DNA of 64,000 nucleotides from an uncultured Gammaproteobacteria bacterium (GTDB lineage Bacteria; Pseudomonadota; Gammaproteobacteria; Pseudomonadales; JAHEGP01): NCBI GenBank assembly GCA_963808975.1, contig CAWEHR010000009.1, positions 66,147 to 130,146 of the forward strand, read 5' to 3'. Shown piece by piece: positions 57,192 to 64,000 of this stretch (position 1 is its first letter; each line of letters starts with the position of its first letter). The notes under the pieces were generated by a model. It saw only the letters and a program-made list of their open reading frames with translations, ran no database searches and was not told where the DNA came from. The position numbers and the translations under genes were made by a program.

Positions 57192-60100
57192 ATGTTGACG
57201 TTGCCCGGTGCAGTCGCACTCAGTGAATTCCGTCTGAACAAACTGGCCGATGCCCTGCGGGGTATCGCGCCGGTCAGTCACATCTACAGCCAGTACGTGC
57301 ATTTTGTCGCCACCAGTGGTGCGCTGTCCAGTGTCCAGGAGCAGGTACTCGAAAATCTGTTCGACTACGGACCCGCGCTGCCGCGGGCGCAGCCCAGGGG
57401 CGAACTCTTCCTGGTGGTACCACGACCGGGCACTGTGTCACCGTGGTCCAGCAAGGCGACCGACATCGCCCGCAACTGCGAGCTCGATACGGTACTGCGC
57501 ATTGAGCGCGGTATTGCTTATTTCCTTGAATTCGAGGGCCAGCCCGATGCTGCTCAGCGAGAGCGCGTCGCTGCCCTGCTGCACGACCGTATGGTTGAGG
57601 CAGTGCTGGACAGCTTCGCCCAGGCTGAGGTCCTGTTCGAACTACACCAACCGCGACCACTGCTCGAAGTGGACGTGCTCGGCGGGGGGCGCCCGGCGCT
57701 GGTTGCGGCCAACAGCCAGTTGGGACTTGCCCTGGCGGAGGATGAGATCGATTATCTGGTCGACAGCTTCAACGACCTCGGGCGCAACCCCTCCGACGTG
57801 GAGCTTATGATGTTTGCCCAGGCCAATTCGGAACACTGCCGCCACAAGATCTTCAACGCCCGGTGGACCATTGACCAGCAGCCCCAGAGCCACTCGCTGT
57901 TTCAGATGATCAAGCACACCTACGAAAGCGCCGGGGACGGGGTGTTGAGCGCCTATGCCGACAATGCCGCGGTGGTCGAGGGGCCGGAGGTGGGTCGCTT
58001 CATGGTCGATCCCGGTTCCGGTGAATACCGCTATCGCCTGGAGCCGGTTCATCTGCTAATGAAAGTTGAAACCCATAACCATCCCACGGCGATCGCGCCG
58101 TTTTCCGGTGCTGGTACCGGTTCGGGGGGGGAAATACGCGACGAGGGCGCGGTGGGGCGCGGTTCCAAACCGAAGGCGGGATTGACCGGTTTCAGCGTTT
58201 CCAATTTGCAGCTGCCGGCCAAACCGCAACCCTGGGAAAAGGCCTATGGCAAGCCGGATCGGATTGTGTCGGCGCTGGATATCATGCTCGAGGGCCCCAT
58301 CGGCGCCGCCGCATTCAACAACGAATTTGGCCGGCCCAACCTGTGTGGCTATTTCCGCAGTTTTGAACAGCGGGTAAAGAGCTCCGCCGGCGAGGAGGTG
58401 CGGGGCTACCACAAGCCGATTATGCTCGCGGGTGGCTTCGGCAATATCCGCCCCGAACACGTGGCCAAGCCCCCTTTCGCGGCGGGCAGCCAGTTGATTG
58501 TGCTGGGTGGGCCGGCGATGCTGATCGGCCTGGGCGGTGGCGCGGCATCCAGTGTGACCACCGGCAGTTCCAGCGAGGATCTCGACTTTGCCTCGGTACA
58601 GCGCCAGAACCCGGAAATGCAGCGACGCTGCCAGGAGGTGATCGATGGTTGCTGCGCACTGGGTGATGCCAGCCCGATAGCGTTTATCCATGACGTCGGA
58701 GCCGGCGGGCTTTCCAACGCGTTTCCTGAGTTAGTCAAGGACGGCGGTACGGGCGGTGACTTCGAGTTGCGCCAGGTGCCCAATGAGGAGCCGGGCATGT
58801 CGCCACTGGAGATCTGGTGCAACGAGTCCCAGGAGCGCTATGTACTCGCGGTAGCACCTGAAGACATGGGTCGGTTTGAGCACATCTGCCGGCGTGAGCG
58901 CTGTCCCTATGCCGTGGTGGGTGTCGCTATCGATGAACAAAAACTGGTGTTGAACGACCGCGAGTTCGAAAACCGCGCGGTCGATTTGCCGATGTCGGTG
59001 CTGTTCGGCAAGGCGCCCAAAATGCAGCGCACTATCGAGCGCGCTGCGGTGAACTATCCGCCGCTGGAGCTTGGCGATATCCGCCTGGACGATGCGATAG
59101 AGCGGGTGCTGAGCCTGCCCACGGTGGCCTCAAAGGGTTTTCTGGTCACCATTGGCGACCGCTCGATTACGGGTATGGTATGCCGTGACCAGATGGTCGG
59201 CCCGTGGCAGGTGCCGGTGGCGGATTGCGCGGTAACCAGCGTCAGTTATGACAGTTACTTTGGCGAGGCCATGGCAATGGGCGAACGCACCCCTGCAGCG
59301 CTGCTGGATGCGCCGGCGGCGGGCCGCATGGCGGTGGGCGAGGCCATTACCAATATCTGCGCCAGCCGCATCGGTAAGCTGGGCGACATCAAGTTGTCAG
59401 CCAACTGGATGTGCGCCGCCGGCCACCCGGGTGAGGACGAAAAACTTTTCGATACCGTGCGTGCAGTGGGCATGGAACTGTGCCCGGCGCTGGGCATCAC
59501 TATTCCGGTGGGTAAAGACTCGATGTCGATGCGCACCAGTTGGCAGGGGCAGAGTAAAGCCAAATCGGTAACGGCGCCAATGTCGCTGGTAATATCGGCC
59601 TTCGCCCCGGTGTTGGATGTGCGCGCCACCGTGACACCAGAACTGCGCAATGACAGGGGTTCCACGGAATTACTGTTGATTGATCTCGGCGCTGGGCGCA
59701 ATCGCCTGGGGGCGAGTTGCCTGGCACAGGTCTATCGGCAGTTGGGCGATACCCCCGCCGACCTCGACGAGCCCGCCCGGCTGATTGGGTTTTTCGAACT
59801 GGTGCAATCATTGCTGCAACAAGAGAAAATTATCGCCTATCACGATCGCTCCGACGGCGGCCTGCTGGTGACTCTGCTGGAAATGGCTTTTGCCGGTCGC
59901 TGCGGCCTGGATATCGACATTGGGGAGCTGGGCGCGGATGATCTGGCGGCGCTGTTCAGCGAGGAGTTGGGAGCGGTGCTGCAGGTGAGCGTCTCTCAGC
60001 GCGCCGCGGTGAGCCGTGCGATCGAGGTCGCCGGGCTGCAAAACTGTTGTCATTGGTTGGGCAAACCCCGGGCGGAGCAGCAAATCACCATTCGTCGCGG

Positions 60101-61079
60101 CGACGCCCTGCTGTATCAAAACCAGCGCACTGCGCTGCAACAGATATGGTCATCGACCAGTTACCAGATGCAATTGCTGCGCGACAACCCAGCCTGTGCC
60201 GAGCAGGAATTCGCCCGCATCGCTGCCGATGATCCCGGCCTGAGCGCCGATCTGAGCTTCGACTGCAGTGAGGACATCGCCGCGCCCTATATTGCGACCG
60301 GAGTTCGACCGCGCATCGCCATCCTGCGGGAGCAGGGGGTAAATGGCCAGATGGAGATGGCGGCGGCCTTTGACCGTGCCGGATTCAGCAGTATCGACGT
60401 CCACATGAGCGACCTGTTGGCCGGCACTCGCCAACTGTCGGAGTTTTCCGGCCTGGTGGCCTGCGGCGGCTTTTCCTACGGTGACGTGCTCGGCGCCGGC
60501 GAGGGCTGGGCCAAGAGTATTCTCTATCACCCGCGCCTGCGGGACAGTTTCGTGGAGTTTTTCCAGCGTCCGGACAGTTTTACCCTTGGCGTTTGCAACG
60601 GCTGCCAGATGCTGTCGACCCTGAAGCAGCTCATCCCCGGGGCAGATGACTGGCCGCGTTTTGTGCGTAACGAGTCGGAACAGTTCGAGGCTCGGGTGGC
60701 GCTGGTGCAGGTTCAGGACAGCCCCTCGATTCTGCTGCAGGGCATGGCGGGCTCGCATTTACCGGTGGCGGTCGCCCACGGTGAGGGGCGCTGCGAGTTT
60801 AACGACAGTGAGACCTTGTCGCGCTGTGACAGCAGCGGTCAGGTCGCCTTGCGCTATGTCGACAATGCCATCGCGGTGACTGAAAGCTACCCGGCAAACC
60901 CCAACGGCTCGGCCCGCGGCATCACCGCGCTGACCAGCAAAGATGGTCGCGCGACGATCATGATGCCGCACCCGGAGCGGGTATTTCGCACGGTGCAGAA
61001 CTCCTGGCACCCTCCCCAATGGGGTGAGGATGGGCCGTGGCTGCGCCTGTTTCGCAACGCCCGGCATTGGGTGGAGTAA
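57192..61079 (+). CDS. purL: phosphoribosylformylglycinamidine synthase (single-chain)
   Basis: 1,295 aa from '[18 protein letters not shown]'. C-terminal amidotransferase 'GVCNGCQML'. Confidence 0.95.
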   Translation: MLTLPGAVALSEFRLNKLADALRGIAPVSHIYSQYVHFVATSGALSSVQEQVLENLFDYGPALPRAQPRGELFLVVPRPGTVSPWSSKATDIARNCELDTVLRIERGIAYFLEFEGQPDAAQRERVAALLHDRMVEAVLDSFAQAEVLFELHQPRPLLEVDVLGGGRPALVAANSQLGLALAEDEIDYLVDSFNDLGRNPSDVELMMFAQANSEHCRHKIFNARWTIDQQPQSHSLFQMIKHTYESAGDGVLSAYADNAAVVEGPEVGRFMVDPGSGEYRYRLEPVHLLMKVETHNHPTAIAPFSGAGTGSGGEIRDEGAVGRGSKPKAGLTGFSVSNLQLPAKPQPWEKAYGKPDRIVSALDIMLEGPIGAAAFNNEFGRPNLCGYFRSFEQRVKSSAGEEVRGYHKPIMLAGGFGNIRPEHVAKPPFAAGSQLIVLGGPAMLIGLGGGAASSVTTGSSSEDLDFASVQRQNPEMQRRCQEVIDGCCALGDASPIAFIHDVGAGGLSNAFPELVKDGGTGGDFELRQVPNEEPGMSPLEIWCNESQERYVLAVAPEDMGRFEHICRRERCPYAVVGVAIDEQKLVLNDREFENRAVDLPMSVLFGKAPKMQRTIERAAVNYPPLELGDIRLDDAIERVLSLPTVASKGFLVTIGDRSITGMVCRDQMVGPWQVPVADCAVTSVSYDSYFGEAMAMGERTPAALLDAPAAGRMAVGEAITNICASRIGKLGDIKLSANWMCAAGHPGEDEKLFDTVRAVGMELCPALGITIPVGKDSMSMRTSWQGQSKAKSVTAPMSLVISAFAPVLDVRATVTPELRNDRGSTELLLIDLGAGRNRLGASCLAQVYRQLGDTPADLDEPARLIGFFELVQSLLQQEKIIAYHDRSDGGLLVTLLEMAFAGRCGLDIDIGELGADDLAALFSEELGAVLQVSVSQRAAVSRAIEVAGLQNCCHWLGKPRAEQQITIRRGDALLYQNQRTALQQIWSSTSYQMQLLRDNPACAEQEFARIAADDPGLSADLSFDCSEDIAAPYIATGVRPRIAILREQGVNGQMEMAAAFDRAGFSSIDVHMSDLLAGTRQLSEFSGLVACGGFSYGDVLGAGEGWAKSILYHPRLRDSFVEFFQRPDSFTLGVCNGCQMLSTLKQLIPGADDWPRFVRNESEQFEARVALVQVQDSPSILLQGMAGSHLPVAVAHGEGRCEFNDSETLSRCDSSGQVALRYVDNAIAVTESYPANPNGSARGITALTSKDGRATIMMPHPERVFRTVQNSWHPPQWGEDGPWLRLFRNARHWVE

Positions 61080-61236
61080 AATTGGCGTTGGTTTACGTCT
61101 GCTTTTCGATAATAATGGTCGCCCCCTGCGGGGGAAGAGCTAAATCCATTAAGCGAAAGCGCCCAGATTCCTTCGTTTCCTGTTGACCGGCCCATGCTGT
61201 GGGCCGGTTGTAGATAGTCATTACATTGGTTAAAGC

Positions 61237-63090
61237 ATGTTGAACAAATACCCCTGGTGGAAGAACCTGTTGATCGTCGTGGTCATAGCGATCGGCGTTA
61301 TTTACGCACTGCCCAATGCCTTCGCACCCGATCCCGCGATCCAGATTAGCGGTGAGAGCGGCAGCGACGCGCTGGGCACGGACGAATTGGCGCGGGTCGA
61401 GGCAGCCCTGGAGGAGGCCGGAATAGCCTTTTTTGGTGAAACCGTGGAAAACGACAGGGCCCTGGTTCGCCTCCGGGACAAGGATCTGCAGTTGCGGGCT
61501 AAAGCGGTGGCCCAGCGCGCACTTGGCGACGGCTATGTGGTCGCACTGAACCTGGCCCCGACCACCCCCGCATGGCTGACGGCTATCGGTGCCCAGCCGA
61601 TGAAGCTGGGCCTGGATTTGAGCGGCGGGGTGCACTTTCTGCTGGAGGTGGATACCGAGACGGCAATCCAAAAGCGGCTGGAGACCTATACCGACGATTT
61701 CAAGAAGGAGCTCAGGCAACAGCGGGTTCGCGGCATAGTCTCGTTGCAGGACGACCGCATCGTCGGTAGCTTCGCCAGCGAGGCGCTCAGGGATCAGGCG
61801 CTGGACGTGCTGCGCGATGGCCTGCCGACCCTGGAGCGGCAAAGCGAGGAGGAGGGTGACCAGTACCTGCTTACGGCCCGGGTATCCGATAGCGAGCTGA
61901 AGACAATCGCCGACGATGCCGTGAACCAGAACCTCACTACCCTGCGCAACCGGGTCAACGAACTCGGTGTCGCCGAGCCGCTGGTGCAGAAGCAAGGCGC
62001 CAACCGCATTATTGTCCAGCTTCCGGGCATACAGGATACCGCGGCCGCCAAGCGTATTCTCGGCAAAACCGCCAACCTCGAATTTCGCCTGGAGGCCCGG
62101 CCCGACGAGCCGGCGCGGGAAAAATTCGAATTTCGCGACCAACAACGCGGCGTGGAATCGGCCTGGCTGGAGAAGCGGGTGGTGATCACCGGGGAGCGGG
62201 TGTCCAATGCCCGCGCGAGTTTCGACCAGAACGGCCTGCCCGAGGTCAACATCTCCCTGGACAGCCAGGGCGGCACCCTGATGCATCGCGCCACCCGGGA
62301 CAACATTAATCGTAAACTGGGGGTCCTGTTCATCGAACGCAAGTCGCGGACCGTCGGTTACGAGAAAGACCGTTTTGGCTACGAGGTACCGATCAAGGAA
62401 AAATACGACGTCAAGCAGATTATCAGCCTGGCGACTATACGCGCGGCGCTGGGTACCCAGTTTCGCATCACTGGCCTGGACTCTCCCACCGAGGCGGCGG
62501 AACTGGCGCTGTTACTGCGTGCCGGCGCCCTGGCCGCCCCCATTGACTTCGTCGAGGAGCGCACGGTGGGGCCGTCACTGGGTGCTGAAAACATTGCCAA
62601 GGGCTTCAAGTCGGTACAAATCGGTCTTGCTCTCGTGCTGGTCTTCATGGCGGTGTATTACCGCCTGTTTGGGGTTGTCGCCGACATTGCCCTGGTGGTT
62701 AACATGGGGCTGCTGTTGGCCTGTATGTCGATCCTGTCGGCCACGCTCACCCTGCCCGGAATCGCGGGTATCGTGCTGACCGTGGGTATGGCGGTGGATG
62801 CCAACGTACTCATATTCAGCCGCATCAGGGAGGAGTTGCAAAACGGGCTGTCGCCGCAGCAGGCCATCAAAGCGGGCTACGAACGTGCTTTTACCACGAT
62901 TCTCGATGCCAATCTCACGACCCTGATCGTGGCCGTAATTCTGTACGCCGTGGGCACCGGGCCGGTGAAGGGTTTTGCCGTTACGCTGTCTATCGGCATC
63001 CTCACCTCCATGTTTACCGCCATCGTGGTGAGTCGCGGCTTGATCAATCTGATTTACGGCGGCAAAAACATCCAGAAACTTTCGATTTAG
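61237..63090 (+). CDS. secD: protein translocase subunit SecD
   Basis: 'GLDLSGGVHFLLEVD' and C-terminal polytopic region. Antisense track ORFs here are shadows. Confidence 0.95.
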   Translation: MLNKYPWWKNLLIVVVIAIGVIYALPNAFAPDPAIQISGESGSDALGTDELARVEAALEEAGIAFFGETVENDRALVRLRDKDLQLRAKAVAQRALGDGYVVALNLAPTTPAWLTAIGAQPMKLGLDLSGGVHFLLEVDTETAIQKRLETYTDDFKKELRQQRVRGIVSLQDDRIVGSFASEALRDQALDVLRDGLPTLERQSEEEGDQYLLTARVSDSELKTIADDAVNQNLTTLRNRVNELGVAEPLVQKQGANRIIVQLPGIQDTAAAKRILGKTANLEFRLEARPDEPAREKFEFRDQQRGVESAWLEKRVVITGERVSNARASFDQNGLPEVNISLDSQGGTLMHRATRDNINRKLGVLFIERKSRTVGYEKDRFGYEVPIKEKYDVKQIISLATIRAALGTQFRITGLDSPTEAAELALLLRAGALAAPIDFVEERTVGPSLGAENIAKGFKSVQIGLALVLVFMAVYYRLFGVVADIALVVNMGLLLACMSILSATLTLPGIAGIVLTVGMAVDANVLIFSRIREELQNGLSPQQAIKAGYERAFTTILDANLTTLIVAVILYAVGTGPVKGFAVTLSIGILTSMFTAIVVSRGLINLIYGGKNIQKLSI

Positions 63091-63103
63091 GCAGGTTAAC
63101 AAG

Positions 63104-64000
63104 ATGCAGCAACAACGAGCAACGATAGACTTCATGCGCTGGCGCTGGGTTGCCGTGGGGATTTCAGCCATTCTGCTGTTGGCGTCCATTGCCTCACTCG
63201 CGACCCGGCAACTGGCGTTTGGCCTTGACTTTACCGGTGGCACCCAGATCGAGGTGGTGTATGGTGAGGCGGTGCCGTTGGATAATATTCGGGTCGCCCT
63301 GGCGGAGGCCGGGTTCGCCGATGCGGTGGTGGTGCAGTTTGGCAGCGAGCAGGACATCCTGGTGCGACTTCCCCAGAGTTTCTCCGATGAGGCGGGTGCC
63401 GAACTGGTGGAGACCCTGCACCAGGCCGCCGGTACCGATGTCACCCTGCGCAGGCTGGAATATGTCGGCCCCCAGGTGGGGGAGGAGTTGCGTGAGCAGG
63501 GCGGGTTGGCGATGCTGCTCGCGCTGGGTGTCGTCATGCTCTACGTGGCGGTGCGTTTTCAGTTCAAGTTCTCTGTTGGCGCGGTGGTGGCCCTGATCCA
63601 CGATGTGGTGATTACCCTGGGGGTGTTCTCCTTCCTGCGCCTCGATTTCGACCTGACGGTGCTGGCGGCGCTGCTGGCGGTGATCGGTTACTCGCTCAAC
63701 GATACCATCGTGGTGTCAGACCGGATCCGGGAGAACTTTCGCAAAATACGGACCGGCGATGCGGTGGAGATCATCAACATTTCAACCACCGAGACCCTGG
63801 GGCGGACCTTGGTCACCTCGTTGACCACCATTTTCGTTCTGATTGCGCTGTTTTTCTTCGGCGGTGAAATGATCCACGGCTTTGCCACCGCGCTATTGAT
63901 CGGTATTGTGGTGGGTACCTACTCGTCGATCTATATTGCGGCCAACACCCTGCTGATGCTGGACATTTGCCGCGAAGACCTGCTGGTCATTCCGAAGGAG
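63104..64000 (+). CDS. secF: protein translocase subunit SecF (3' end outside the window)
   Basis: Hand translation from ATG 63104: 'MQQQRATIDFMRWRWVAVGISAILLLASIASL..GLDFTGGTQIEVVYGEA'. The frame is open to base 64000. It is absent from the track because there is no stop. Confidence 0.9.
   Translation, partial: MQQQRATIDFMRWRWVAVGISAILLLASIASLATRQLAFGLDFTGGTQIEVVYGEAVPLDNIRVALAEAGFADAVVVQFGSEQDILVRLPQSFSDEAGAELVETLHQAAGTDVTLRRLEYVGPQVGEELREQGGLAMLLALGVVMLYVAVRFQFKFSVGAVVALIHDVVITLGVFSFLRLDFDLTVLAALLAVIGYSLNDTIVVSDRIRENFRKIRTGDAVEIINISTTETLGRTLVTSLTTIFVLIALFFFGGEMIHGFATALLIGIVVGTYSSIYIAANTLLMLDICREDLLVIPKE

Overview
GC-rich, gammaproteobacterial-type chromosomal window. All family calls come from motifs read by eye, with no database search, and coordinates of non-track features may be off by 1-3 nt. 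Core blocks sit at the edges: glgP (5' truncated) on the left and tadA-mltF-purL-secD-secF on the right. The interior is a mosaic. (i) 1.7-13.5 kb is an accessory stretch. It holds an IS6-like transposase remnant, a tightly coupled Xre(DUF2384)-RES-DEDDh exonuclease operon behind two identical palindromic operators, a ParE remnant, a SWIM/SNF2 helicase split by an A7 frameshift, about 970 bp with no convincing gene, a cupin, and an orphan 1,575-aa protein with a Tat-type motif and a multi-hydrophobic acidic C-terminus. (ii) An ars-type cluster (arsR, COG0701 permease, thioredoxin-fold protein, GAPDH, ArsJ-like MFS) is interrupted by repeats. (iii) A low-GC islet carries two acetyltransferases. 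(iv) Metal genes: copA, zur plus a fused permease, and a His-rich TonB receptor. (v) An aspA-ansB pair in which both products carry signal peptides. (vi) A three-lipoprotein LssY-like/hydrolase operon occupies a gutted pckA locus. (vii) A B12-radical-SAM plus glycosyltransferase cassette is flanked by palindromic repeats. Two non-coding repeat families (a 301-bp MITE-like element x2, a ~112-bp hairpin element x2-3) and at least eight short gene remnants mark the joints between blocks. My best candidates for something new are the three-gene RES module and its neighbourhood, the giant orphan protein, and the apparently exported aspartase. No rRNA, tRNA or CRISPR array was seen.
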